Source of the DNA: a virus
Length of the DNA: 64,000 nt
Direction: 5' to 3' (one strand)
IMG/VR virus record: IMGVR_UViG_3300027734_000055
Location: 1 to 64,000 of that record
A program made the position numbers and the translations under genes. Shown here piece by piece: positions 49,566-58,751 of the stretch. The notes under the pieces are model-generated. The model saw only the letters and a list, made by a program, of their open reading frames with translations. It ran no database searches and was not told where the DNA came from. Each line of letters starts with the position of its first letter. Positions within the stretch are counted from its first letter, which is position 1.

Positions 49566-52070
49566 ATGGCAGACATAGATAAAAGTTTAGCACAAGCACC
49601 TCAAGGCCTAGAAGAATTAGCAGCGGCACAACCTTCATTAGAAATTGATATCGAGAATCCAGAATCAGTCACACTTGATGACGGTAGTATGGAAGTTACA
49701 ATCATTCCAGGTAAAGACGTTGCTGGCGATGAATTCAATGCTAACTTAGCTGACGATTTAGATGAAGGACAACTTACAGAATTATCAGGTGATCTTATTG
49801 GTGAATACGATGCCGATATTTCGTCTCGCAAAGATTGGCTAACTACTTACGTAGATGGCTTAGAGTTACTAGGTCTTAAAGTAGAAGACCGTACAGAACC
49901 ATGGCCTGGGGCATGCAATGTGTACCACCCCTTGATGACAGAAGCGCTTGTTAAATTCCAAGCTGAAACTATGATGGAGACATTTCCAGCATCGGGCCCA
50001 GTAAAAACACAAATCGTTGGTAAGATCACACCGGAAAAAGAACACGCTGCAGAACGCGTTCAAGAAGACATGAACTATCAGCTCATGGATAAAATGCCTG
50101 AGTATAGACCTGAACATGAACGCATGTTATGGGGACTAGGTTTAGCTGGTAACGCATTTAAAAAAGTTTACTATGATCCAAACTTAGAACGCCAAGTTTC
50201 TATGTATGTTCCTGCGGAAGATATTGTTGTTCCATACGGCGCATCTAATTTAGAAACATGTGAACGTGTGACACACGTCATGAGAAAAACTAAGAATGAA
50301 TTACGTAAACTACAAGTAGCAGGATTTTATCGCGATGTAGATTTAGGTGAACCGTTCTTAGATATTGATGAAGCAGAGAAAAAAATTGCAGAGAAGTTAG
50401 GATTTAATCCTACAGAGGATGACAGATATAAGATCCTCGAAATGCATGTCAATTTAGATTTAGAAAACGGTGATAGTGAAGATGGTATTGGTGTACCTTA
50501 TGTAGTTACAATTGAAAAAGGCACAGGCACTATTTTAGCCATACGTCGTAACTGGAACCCAGACGACAAATTAAAATTAAAACGTCAACACTTCGTTCAT
50601 TACGGTTACATACCAGGCTTTGGTTTCTATTGCTTTGGTTTAATTCATTTGATAGGTGCTTTCGCCAAATCAGGTACTATGATCTTACGTCAACTTGTTG
50701 ACGCAGGTACTCTATCAAACCTTCCAGGTGGACTAAAATCACGCGGTCTACGTATTAAAGGCGATGACACACCGATTGCTCCAGGTGAATGGCGTGATGT
50801 AGATGTACCTAGTGGTGCAGTGCGTGACAACATCTTACCGCTTCCATACAAAGAGCCTTCACAAGTATTAAACCAATTGATGAATCAAATCATCGAAGAA
50901 GGTCGTGCGTTTGCTAATGCTGATGGATTAAAAGTTTCAGATATGTCTGCCAATGCTCCAGTCGGTACTACATTAGCTATTCTTGAAAGAACATTGAAAG
51001 TAATGAGTGCTGTACAAGCGCGTATTTACTATGCAATGAAACAAGAGTTTAAACTTCTTAAAGTTATCATTCGTGATTACACCCCACAAGAATATTCATA
51101 CGAGCCTGAAGTAGGTGATAGAAGAGCTAAACAAGCTGACTATGATAATGTTGATGTGATTCCAGTATCAGATCCAAATGCTGCAACGATGTCACAAAAA
51201 GTTGTGCAGTATCAAGCTGTTATGCAAATGGCTCAACAATATCCACAGATCTATGACTTACCAGAACTTAATAAACAAATGCTTGAAGTATTAGGCATTA
51301 AAAATATTGCCAAGCTTATTCCTAGTACAGAACAAATCACAGCAAAAGATCCTGTGACAGAAAATATGGCGATCATTAATGGTAAACCAGTTAAAGCGTT
51401 TATCTACCAAGATCATCAAGCACATATTCAAGTACATATGGCGGCTATGCAAGATCCTAAGATTCAGGAAATGGTTGGACAAAATCCGATGGCACAAACG
51501 ATTCAAGCTGCAGCTATGGCACATATTAATGAACACGTTGCATTCGAGTATAGAAAACAACTTGAAGAACAATTAGGTGTACCGTTACCAGCTCCAGATG
51601 AAGTATTACCAGAAGATGTTGAATATGAAATTTCTAAACTTATGGCTCAAGCAGCAGGTAAATTATTAGCTAAAGATCAAGCAGAAGTTCAACAACAACA
51701 AGCTCAACAACAGCAACAAGATCCAATCATTCAAATGCAACAACAAGAGTTGGCTCTCAAAGCACAAGACTTACAACTTAAGGCACAAAAAACTCAAGCA
51801 GATATTGAGATTGAACATATGAGAGTTGGCATTGAGAAGATGCGTGTTGAGTCACAAGAAAGAATTGCTGGAGCTACCTTAGGTGCACAATCAGTTAAAT
51901 CAGAAAAAGATTCAGAGATTAAACAATTTGTAGAAGGCACCAAAATAGGTATTCAAGCAGTTAAAGATAATGCTGAACAAGAACTTCGCAGAGAACAAGC
52001 TCAACTACAACACCACGCTCAAATGGAACAAGTTAAAGTACAGCAAAGGAATCAACAACCTAAGGAGTAA
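49566..52070 (+). CDS. Portal protein
   Basis: 834 aa directly after TerL; FKKVYYD, GFG.Y.FGL, Gln-rich C-terminal barrel. Confidence 0.88.
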   Translation: MADIDKSLAQAPQGLEELAAAQPSLEIDIENPESVTLDDGSMEVTIIPGKDVAGDEFNANLADDLDEGQLTELSGDLIGEYDADISSRKDWLTTYVDGLELLGLKVEDRTEPWPGACNVYHPLMTEALVKFQAETMMETFPASGPVKTQIVGKITPEKEHAAERVQEDMNYQLMDKMPEYRPEHERMLWGLGLAGNAFKKVYYDPNLERQVSMYVPAEDIVVPYGASNLETCERVTHVMRKTKNELRKLQVAGFYRDVDLGEPFLDIDEAEKKIAEKLGFNPTEDDRYKILEMHVNLDLENGDSEDGIGVPYVVTIEKGTGTILAIRRNWNPDDKLKLKRQHFVHYGYIPGFGFYCFGLIHLIGAFAKSGTMILRQLVDAGTLSNLPGGLKSRGLRIKGDDTPIAPGEWRDVDVPSGAVRDNILPLPYKEPSQVLNQLMNQIIEEGRAFANADGLKVSDMSANAPVGTTLAILERTLKVMSAVQARIYYAMKQEFKLLKVIIRDYTPQEYSYEPEVGDRRAKQADYDNVDVIPVSDPNAATMSQKVVQYQAVMQMAQQYPQIYDLPELNKQMLEVLGIKNIAKLIPSTEQITAKDPVTENMAIINGKPVKAFIYQDHQAHIQVHMAAMQDPKIQEMVGQNPMAQTIQAAAMAHINEHVAFEYRKQLEEQLGVPLPAPDEVLPEDVEYEISKLMAQAAGKLLAKDQAEVQQQQAQQQQQDPIIQMQQQELALKAQDLQLKAQKTQADIEIEHMRVGIEKMRVESQERIAGATLGAQSVKSEKDSEIKQFVEGTKIGIQAVKDNAEQELRREQAQLQHHAQMEQVKVQQRNQQPKE

Positions 52071-52074
52071 CTAA

Positions 52075-52269
52075 ATGGACCAAACGCTAGAGCTATTATT
52101 GTCTCGAATAGATGATCAGCGCAAAACAGTTTTAAATAATTTAGGAGACGGAGCAGCAAAAGATTTTGCTTCGTACCAAAATATGGCAGGATATATACGA
52201 GGTCTATCCGTCGCAGAAAGTATGATTAAAGACCTTGCACAAAGAATGGAGACATTTGAAGATGAGTGA
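52075..52269 (+). CDS. Small conserved head-region protein
   Basis: L..G.A.DF..Y....G.I.GL motif between portal and GroES. Confidence 0.7.
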   Translation: MDQTLELLLSRIDDQRKTVLNNLGDGAAKDFASYQNMAGYIRGLSVAESMIKDLAQRMETFEDE

Positions 52270-52714
52270 TAACGGGCAAATACTCACGATGAATAAAAAT
52301 CTATTAGACGCAAGTGGTCGACCGATTGTTATTCCATCGTTAGATGCAGTAGATGCAGAAGACATACCGATTGAAGAACGTGGTTTACAGTTACCTGAAC
52401 CTAAAGGATACAAGATACTTTGTGCAATTCCTGACGCTTCAGAAACATACAAAGGTGGTATTGTAAAAGCAGATTCAACTAGAACTGTAGAAGAACATTC
52501 AACTGTAGTTTTATTTGTAGTAAAAGTAGGTGACCTAGCTTATAAAGATGAGACTAGATTTCCTACAGGTCCATGGTGTAAAGAGGGTGATTTTGTTTTG
52601 ACACGTGCATACGCAGGTACAAGATTTAAAATCCACGGAAGAGAATTCCGCATTATTAACGACGATACAGTTGAGGGGGTTGTTCAAGATCCTCGCGGCT
52701 ATACTCGCGCATAA
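52262..52714 (+). CDS. groES: Co-chaperonin GroES-like protein
   Basis: P.GYKIL...GGI....VVKVG...GDFV....YAGT......FRIINDD.V.GVV; start adjusted to MSDNG. Confidence 0.88.
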   Translation: MSDNGQILTMNKNLLDASGRPIVIPSLDAVDAEDIPIEERGLQLPEPKGYKILCAIPDASETYKGGIVKADSTRTVEEHSTVVLFVVKVGDLAYKDETRFPTGPWCKEGDFVLTRAYAGTRFKIHGREFRIINDDTVEGVVQDPRGYTRA

Positions 52715-52724
52715 GGAGAGCTAA

Positions 52725-53780
52725 ATGGCTACCGAAACAAAAGATGGTATTGTATATGAATACCCAGATGATATGGATATACCAGGTACGACAGGTAATA
52801 AAGTAAGTGACGAAACAGAAGTTGATCTAAGTCCCAAAGAAGCTGAACCTAAAGCAGAAAAAAAGGTTGAGGCTAAACAAGAGGATTTTGATCTTGAGAT
52901 AGAAGATGATACTCCGCCACAAGATAAAGGTCGTGAACCTTTACCAAAAGATGTGGTAGAAGAATTAGAAAAAGATACGCTTGATGATTACTCTGAACGA
53001 GTTAAACAACGTATGGCGCAGCTTAAAAAAGTTTGGCATGACGAAAGACGTGCTAAAGAATCAGCTGACCGAGAAAGACAAGAAGCTATTAAATTTGCTC
53101 AACAAATTGCGGATGAGAATAAAAAGTTAAAGTCAACTTTAAGTTCTGGCGAAGCAACTTATATTGAGACATTAAAAAATTCTTTAGACTCACAGTTACA
53201 TTTAGCCAAGCGAGACTATCGTGAAGCTTATGATTCTGGTGATACTGAGAAAATTATTGATGCTCAACAACGCATGAATGATGCACAACTTAGGTTGTCT
53301 CAAGCTAATAGTTATATATCCCAATATCAAAGACCTTTACAAGAGGACAAAAATGAGGTATATATACCACAATTACAACAACAGCCTCAAACACAGGCAT
53401 TTAAACCTGATTCTAAAGCACTTGCTTGGCAGGATAAAAATGATTGGTTTGGATCTGATGAAGAAATGACAAGCCTTGCATTAGGCTTACATGAAAAATT
53501 AGTTAGGAGTGGCATAGATCCCACCTCTGACGAATATTATCGTCGTATCGATGGTACGATGCAGAAACGATTCCCAGAATACTTTGGGGATGCAACGCTA
53601 GACGAGGAAACACCCGCCCAGCGCACAAAACCTTCGAATGTAGTTGCCCCGGCAACGCGTAGCACCGCGCCTAAAAAAGTGCGTCTGACGAAGACACAAG
53701 TAGCGTTAGCCAAGAAATTTGGTCTAACACCGGAGCAATATGCAAGAGAAACTTTAAAATTGGAGAACGCAAATGGATAA
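52725..53780 (+). CDS. Capsid scaffolding protein
   Basis: Acidic N-terminus, long coiled-coil, W...N.WFG, C-terminal LT..QVALAKKFGLT.EQYA. Confidence 0.75.
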   Translation: MATETKDGIVYEYPDDMDIPGTTGNKVSDETEVDLSPKEAEPKAEKKVEAKQEDFDLEIEDDTPPQDKGREPLPKDVVEELEKDTLDDYSERVKQRMAQLKKVWHDERRAKESADRERQEAIKFAQQIADENKKLKSTLSSGEATYIETLKNSLDSQLHLAKRDYREAYDSGDTEKIIDAQQRMNDAQLRLSQANSYISQYQRPLQEDKNEVYIPQLQQQPQTQAFKPDSKALAWQDKNDWFGSDEEMTSLALGLHEKLVRSGIDPTSDEYYRRIDGTMQKRFPEYFGDATLDEETPAQRTKPSNVVAPATRSTAPKKVRLTKTQVALAKKFGLTPEQYARETLKLENANG

Positions 53781-54222
53781 CAACAGACAAGATCGTGAAT
53801 TACAAACAAGAGAAGAATTTCAAAGACCTGATAGCTGGAAACCTGCATCATTACTACCTGAGTTTAAAAAGGTACCTGGTTGGGCTTACAGATGGATTCG
53901 TACAAGTGTCATGAACGAGGCTGATAATCTAAATGTTTCTTCAAAAATGCGTGAAGGATGGGAGCCCGTTAAATTAGCGGACCACCCTGAAATGAAGTTA
54001 ATGGTTGACCAAAACTCTCGCTTCAAAGAAGGCGTTGAAATTGGTGGATTATTACTTTGCAAGATCCCAGAGGAGTTTGTTGCACAACGTAAGGCTCATT
54101 ATGCTAATCAAGCAAAACAACAAGCCGATGCAGTTGACAACAGCTTCTTAAAACAAAGTGATGCTCGTATGCCTCTGTTCGCAGAGTCAAAATCTACGAC
54201 ATCCTTTGGTAAAGGTAAATAA
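53773..54222 (+). CDS. Conserved head-region protein
   Basis: YRWIR...REGWEPV...GGLLLCKIP motif between scaffold and capsid. Confidence 0.7.
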   Translation: MDNNRQDRELQTREEFQRPDSWKPASLLPEFKKVPGWAYRWIRTSVMNEADNLNVSSKMREGWEPVKLADHPEMKLMVDQNSRFKEGVEIGGLLLCKIPEEFVAQRKAHYANQAKQQADAVDNSFLKQSDARMPLFAESKSTTSFGKGK

Positions 54223-54243
54223 TATAAATATAAGGAGATTACT

Positions 54244-54843
54244 ATGTCATATCCAACAGTAACCGCTCCATACGGATTAAGACCTATTAATCGTTTTGAC
54301 GGCATGCCATATGCTGGTGCTACTAATCAGTACCCAGTAACAAGTGGTCAAGCAGTTTATAACGGTCAAGTGGTTGCATTCGTAAATGGCGGTACAGTAT
54401 CACCAGTAGCATCCCACACAGCTAGTACTTACGCTGTAGGTGTTGTAATGGGTGTTCAATACACAAACTCAACAGGTCAAACAGTGCAAGCTCAATATGC
54501 ACCAGCATCTGGCGTAACTAACGTTATTGCTTATGTTGTAAATGATCCAGCTGCAGAGTTTAAAGTAGCAGTTACAGGTAATAATCAAACGATTACTCCA
54601 GTAGCAGGCACTGTTTTAAACACAAACGTTTTATTAGTAGTAGGTACAGGAGATACAGCAACAGGTAATATTAATTCATCTATTGATGGTTCTTCTGCTA
54701 ACAGTACTGCTACATCACTATTTAGAGTTACTGCTCTTATTCCAGAAACTATCGATCCAACAACTGGTTACTATTCAGAAGTTGTCGTTAAGTTCAACGG
54801 AACATGGCATCAACAATTATCAACAACCGGTACTACAACTTAA
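54244..54843 (+). CDS. Putative capsid decoration/cement protein
   Basis: APYGLRP N-terminus, beta-rich, just upstream of major capsid. Confidence 0.6.
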   Translation: MSYPTVTAPYGLRPINRFDGMPYAGATNQYPVTSGQAVYNGQVVAFVNGGTVSPVASHTASTYAVGVVMGVQYTNSTGQTVQAQYAPASGVTNVIAYVVNDPAAEFKVAVTGNNQTITPVAGTVLNTNVLLVVGTGDTATGNINSSIDGSSANSTATSLFRVTALIPETIDPTTGYYSEVVVKFNGTWHQQLSTTGTTT

Positions 54844-54855
54844 GGAGAATAAAAC

Positions 54856-55770
54856 ATGGCTATTTCACGCGCACAGCTCCTTAAGGAGCTCTTACCAGGA
54901 CTAAATGCACTATTTGGTCTAGAATACAAACGTTACGGTGAAGAATCTAAAGAAATTTACGAAACTGAAACATCAGAACGTTCATTCGAAGAAGAAACAA
55001 AACTTTCAGGTTTCTCAGCAGCACCAGTCAAAAACGAAGGCACTGCAATCGCTTATGACAATGCTCAAGAAGCTTGGACAGCTCGATACAATCATCAAAC
55101 TATCGCTCTTGGCTTTTCTTTAACAGAAGAAGCTGTAGAAGATAACTTGTATGATACATTATCAGCACGTTACACAAAGGCTTTAGCTCGCGCTATGGCT
55201 TACACAAAACAAGTTAAGGCTGCTTCAGTTCTTAATAATGGTTTCAATAACTCCGGCTCTTATGACGGTGGTGACGGCGTATCATTATTTAACACAGCTC
55301 ATCCTCTTGTTTCAGGTGGCACAAACAGCAACACTCAATCAACTCCTACAGACTTGAACGAAACAGCATTGGAAAATGCAGTTATTCAAATCGCTGCTTG
55401 GACTGATGAACGTGGTCTTTTGATCGCTGCTCAACCACGTAAGTTAGTAGTTCCACCAGGTAATCAATTCGTTGCAACTCGTTTGCTCGAAACTGAACTT
55501 CGTGTTTCTACAGCTGACAATGACATCAATGCTATTAAGAATAATGGTTCAATTCCAGAAGGTTACACAATTAACCACTTCTTAACAGATCCTGATGCTT
55601 ACTTCTTAACAACTGATGTACCTAACGGCATGAAACACTTTGTGCGTACTCCGTTATCTACTTCAATGGATGGCGATTTTGACACAGGCAATGTTAGATA
55701 CAAAGCTCGTGAGCGTTATTCATTCGGTTGGTCAGATCCTCTCGGTATGTGGGGTTCACCAGGCGCTTAA
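54856..55770 (+). CDS. Major capsid protein (Mu gpT-like)
   Basis: MAISRAQLLKELLPGLNALFG...GGDGVSLF...HPL...RYKARERYSFGWSD; strong RBS; downstream terminator. Confidence 0.92.
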   Translation: MAISRAQLLKELLPGLNALFGLEYKRYGEESKEIYETETSERSFEEETKLSGFSAAPVKNEGTAIAYDNAQEAWTARYNHQTIALGFSLTEEAVEDNLYDTLSARYTKALARAMAYTKQVKAASVLNNGFNNSGSYDGGDGVSLFNTAHPLVSGGTNSNTQSTPTDLNETALENAVIQIAAWTDERGLLIAAQPRKLVVPPGNQFVATRLLETELRVSTADNDINAIKNNGSIPEGYTINHFLTDPDAYFLTTDVPNGMKHFVRTPLSTSMDGDFDTGNVRYKARERYSFGWSDPLGMWGSPGA

Positions 55771-55794
55771 TAGCAACTGGCTACGTACTACTAA

Positions 55795-55826
55795 AAGGGC
55801 TCACTTAAAATGTGGGCTCTTTTTTT
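55795..55826 (+). terminator. Rho-independent terminator after capsid gene
   Basis: AAGGGCTCAC-TTAAAAT-GTGGGCTCTT then T-run. Confidence 0.8.
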
Positions 55827-55921
55827 ACCTGTAATTCATGGTTTTCTTGATGTTTGTTTTCATTCAATTTGAAATAATGCAGTTGTAGAGTGAAAACTTT
55901 ATATAACTTTAGGAGATTATT

Positions 55922-55999
55922 ATGAAAACATGGACTAAACCAGCAGCAACTGAAATGAGATTTGGCTTTGAAGTAACTATGTACGTAATGAATAAGTAA
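55922..55999 (+). CDS. pqqA: Pyrroloquinoline quinone precursor peptide PqqA
   Basis: MKTWTKPAATEMRFGFEVTMYVMNK*; W-x-K-P...R-x-G-F-E-V-T-x-Y PqqA signature with the E-x3-Y core; AGGAGA RBS at 55911-55916. Confidence 0.97.
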   Translation: MKTWTKPAATEMRFGFEVTMYVMNK

Positions 56000-56020
56000 T
56001 AGTTCTTTGCTTTAAATTAA

Positions 56021-56040
56021 GGGGCTTCGGCCCCTTTTTT
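56021..56040 (+). terminator. Rho-independent terminator after pqqA
   Basis: GGGGC-TTCG-GCCCC-TTTTTT. Confidence 0.92.
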
Positions 56041-56042
56041 AC

Positions 56043-56070
56043 TTGCTTTATATATAAAATGTAGTATTAT
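56043..56070 (+). promoter_or_regulatory. Sigma70 promoter TTGCTT-16-TATTAT
   Basis: Directly after the terminator and just upstream of the structured leader. Confidence 0.6.
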
Positions 56071-56076
56071 TCTCCT

Positions 56077-56150
56077 ATCCGGGTATATCCGGTTTATTAG
56101 ACTGTCCCGGCAGACGCATATAAGACTAATAGACTTAACTCTATATGGAG
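56077..56150 (+). ncRNA. Candidate pseudoknotted RNA downstream of gpT-like capsid (possibly Mu-gpT-DE motif)
   Basis: Pairings 56092-100/56126-134, 56102-104/56111-113, 56079-83/56106-110, 56117-122/56142-147; family name inferred from context only. Confidence 0.55.
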
Positions 56151-56158
56151 AAAATCAA

Positions 56159-56584
56159 ATGGCTTATACAACCTTTAGCGGCCCAGTCCGTTCATTAGCA
56201 GGCTTTGCAGAACCAGTAACATACATCAAAGCTACAGACGTAGTAGCAGGTGAAGTTATTATTGAAGCAGGCGCTAACGTAGTTATTCTTTCACCAGCAG
56301 ATGGTGGTCCAGCAACTGAAGCTGCTTTAGTACTTCCAGAAGTAGTTAGTGGTGCATTTACTTTAGCTGATCAACCAGCAGATGCTCAATACAATGGTAT
56401 TAAAGGCTCAGTATTGAACTACGGTGCAGTTGCTCACGTATTAAAAGGCTACGGCACACAAAAAGTTAACGGTTCAACAACAGGCGTTGTTATTCCAGCT
56501 GGCTATGTTACTCAATGGGGTGGCAACGGTAACCAAGCTGCGCCTTGGGCTGCTGCTAACTCAGTTCTTTCAACAGCTAAATAA
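56159..56584 (+). CDS. Virion protein (MAxTTFSGPV type)
   Basis: Typical N-terminus of the post-capsid gene in this phage group; GGAG RBS. Confidence 0.7.
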   Translation: MAYTTFSGPVRSLAGFAEPVTYIKATDVVAGEVIIEAGANVVILSPADGGPATEAALVLPEVVSGAFTLADQPADAQYNGIKGSVLNYGAVAHVLKGYGTQKVNGSTTGVVIPAGYVTQWGGNGNQAAPWAAANSVLSTAK

Positions 56585-56593
56585 TTAAACTCT

Positions 56594-56616
56594 GGGGGCG
56601 CTTAGCCCCCTTAATT
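56594..56616 (+). terminator. GC hairpin, possible weak terminator
   Basis: GGGGGC-GCTTA-GCCCCC-TTAATT. Confidence 0.55.
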
Positions 56617-56635
56617 AAACTTAAGGAGATTAATT

Positions 56636-57148
56636 ATGAGTATGCAATATGATGTAAAACAAGCACACTTAAATTCTAGTGGGTATTTTGTAAAATTTGC
56701 TACACGCGTTAAAGGGCTATCATTTGCAGGTACTGCTTCTGCCGGGACTATAGTTTTATTTGATACCGCAGCAACCCCTGTATCAGCAGGCGTAACTTAT
56801 GCACAAGCAGCTAATACTGTAACAGTAACCAAAACAAACCATGGATTAAATACAGGCGATGTTATTGGTATTCACTTTTTATCAAATGCCGGTGTTTCAG
56901 CTACTGATGGTACATATGCTATTACTAAAACAGGCGCAGATACTTTTACAGTTACAGATATTAATTCACGTACAATAACAAGCACTGCTGCTGTATATAC
57001 TGTTGGTAAATGGCTTATGACTTATGAAGTTACTGCCGCAGATACCTATACTAACGTGCCTTTTATTCCAGGTGAAGGTATAAGAGCAAATACAGGTATA
57101 TATGCGTATATGACTAACTTAGAATCAGCACAAATAATTTATGGCTAA
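56636..57148 (+). CDS. Virion structural protein
   Basis: MQYDVK...RVKG...IPGEGI...YG frame with inserted TVTVT..NHGL.TGD beta-domain. Confidence 0.65.
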   Translation: MSMQYDVKQAHLNSSGYFVKFATRVKGLSFAGTASAGTIVLFDTAATPVSAGVTYAQAANTVTVTKTNHGLNTGDVIGIHFLSNAGVSATDGTYAITKTGADTFTVTDINSRTITSTAAVYTVGKWLMTYEVTAADTYTNVPFIPGEGIRANTGIYAYMTNLESAQIIYG

Positions 57149-57401
57149 GAAACAAGGTCCTTCTCTAGCAGTTGGACGTGGTGAGAAACTTCCTGTATCA
57201 AAAGGTGCAGGGCTCACGGCTAAGGGTCGTGCAAAATATAATGCAGCTACTGGGTCTAACCTAAAGGCTCCTCAACCACAAGGTGGACCTCGTAAGAAGT
57301 CATTTTGTGCTAGGATGTCAGGCATGCCTGGTCCGATGAAAGACGAAAAAGGTAGACCTACTAGGAAAGCCGCGTCACTTAAAAGGTGGAATTGTAAATG
57401 A
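57141..57401 (+). CDS. Small basic protein
   Basis: GLTAKGRAKYN..TGSNLK.P...RKKSFCARM...SLKRWNC motif. Confidence 0.75.
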   Translation: MAKKQGPSLAVGRGEKLPVSKGAGLTAKGRAKYNAATGSNLKAPQPQGGPRKKSFCARMSGMPGPMKDEKGRPTRKAASLKRWNCK

Positions 57402-57619
57402 GTGCAGAACGCGAAGTTATAGAACACGGTGTTGAAATTAAACATATTCAATCAGATGTGGATAGTATTATGGAAGACATGGAACAATTAAAAGCTCGTC
57501 TTGATAGTATTGAAAAGACATTAGAAGAAATCAAAGGCGGTTGGAAAGTTTTTATTGCTATTGCTACTATTATTTCAGGAGTTATAAGCTGGATGGTAAC
57601 GCATTGGTTAGGTAAGTAA
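57398..57619 (+). CDS. Coiled-coil plus C-terminal TM protein (XhlA/holin-like)
   Basis: Heptad N-terminus then KGGW and a hydrophobic helix. Confidence 0.6.
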   Translation: MSAEREVIEHGVEIKHIQSDVDSIMEDMEQLKARLDSIEKTLEEIKGGWKVFIAIATIISGVISWMVTHWLGK

Positions 57620-57622
57620 AGT

Positions 57623-57796
57623 ATGTTAAGTAAAATTTTAAATATTTTTAATAAGGAAAAAACTATGGAAGACTCAAAAGTAGATCAAGCCACTGAAGCT
57701 GCAGTAGAAGCTATTGTAGAAGAAGTAAAAAAAGAAGTTAAAAAAGAAGTTAAAAATCAAGGTGTTTCTTGGTTCACTAATACAGATGCCAAGTAA
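57623..57796 (+). CDS. Small hypothetical protein (not in ORF track)
   Basis: MLSKILNIFNKEKTMEDSKVDQATEAAVEAIVEEVKKEVKKEVKNQGVSWFTNTDAK*; alternative start at 57665 with AAGGA RBS. Confidence 0.55.
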   Translation: MLSKILNIFNKEKTMEDSKVDQATEAAVEAIVEEVKKEVKKEVKNQGVSWFTNTDAK

Positions 57797-58316
57797 ATCT
57801 AAAGCACAAAGAAATCTTATGGCTGCCGCAGCTCACAATCCTGCGTTTGCTAAAAAGGTAGGGATTCCTGTATCAGTAGCTCAGGAATTTAACAAAGCTG
57901 ACAAAGGTAAAAAATTTAAGGAGGGTGGTATGATGGATAAGAAAGATTTAATGCAGGATAAAATGCTTATTAAAAAAGCAATGAAACAACATGACGCACA
58001 AGAACATAAGGGTGGCAAAGGTACTAAGCTAGCTCTTAAAAAAGGTGGCGTTGCTAAAACTGTTACTAAGGAGATGGAATATGATTATAAAACAGGTAAA
58101 AAATCTTTTACTGGTACAACTGCCCAAAAAGATGCTCACGCTGAAAAAGAAGGTAAAATCGTTGCTAAACATTTAGCTTATGATAAAGATATGGACAAAA
58201 TGTGTGGTGGTGGTATGGCTAAATCTAAAAAATATGCTAGCGGCGGTAAAGTATCTCAACTAGCTAAAGCTAATGGTATTGCTGTTAAAGGCAAATCAAG
58301 AGGCACACTTATTTAA
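57786..58316 (+). CDS. Basic protein with xxxGG repeats
   Basis: Start adjusted to MPSKSKAQ; FKEGG, LKKGG, MCGGG, YASGG; C-terminus shared with 58326. Confidence 0.75.
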   Translation: MPSKSKAQRNLMAAAAHNPAFAKKVGIPVSVAQEFNKADKGKKFKEGGMMDKKDLMQDKMLIKKAMKQHDAQEHKGGKGTKLALKKGGVAKTVTKEMEYDYKTGKKSFTGTTAQKDAHAEKEGKIVAKHLAYDKDMDKMCGGGMAKSKKYASGGKVSQLAKANGIAVKGKSRGTLI

Positions 58317-58325
58317 GGATATATC

Positions 58326-58742
58326 ATGGCAGAAAAAAGAAAAATGATGGACGAGTTTAAAGCAATAAAAGATGCTCAAGTTTTAAGAGAAATGTCTGAT
58401 GATCCAATAGCAGCACAACGCGCATTAAATGCAACAGCACAAACTGCTAAAGCTTTAAGAGGTATGCAAATGGGTAAAATAGAAGCCCCTATGAGCGACG
58501 ATATGGGTCCATCTTCTAAAGTACCTCCTGTTAAAATGCCTGACTTAAAAACTAAAGATACAGGCGATAAAAATGAATTTGATGTTAAAGGTGAAAAAAT
58601 GCCTGGATATGAAAATTCAAAACCTATGAAAAAAGGTGGCAAAGTAAAAGCTAAATGTATGGCTTCAGGTGGCAAAGTGTCCCAATTAGCAAAAGCTAAT
58701 GGTATCGCTGTTCGCGGCAAGTCTAGAGGACGTATTATTTAA
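58326..58742 (+). CDS. Basic protein with xxxGG repeats
   Basis: MKKGGKV, MASGGKVSQLAKANGIAVRGKSRG. Confidence 0.75.
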   Translation: MAEKRKMMDEFKAIKDAQVLREMSDDPIAAQRALNATAQTAKALRGMQMGKIEAPMSDDMGPSSKVPPVKMPDLKTKDTGDKNEFDVKGEKMPGYENSKPMKKGGKVKAKCMASGGKVSQLAKANGIAVRGKSRGRII

Positions 58743-58751
58743 GGAGCCCAT

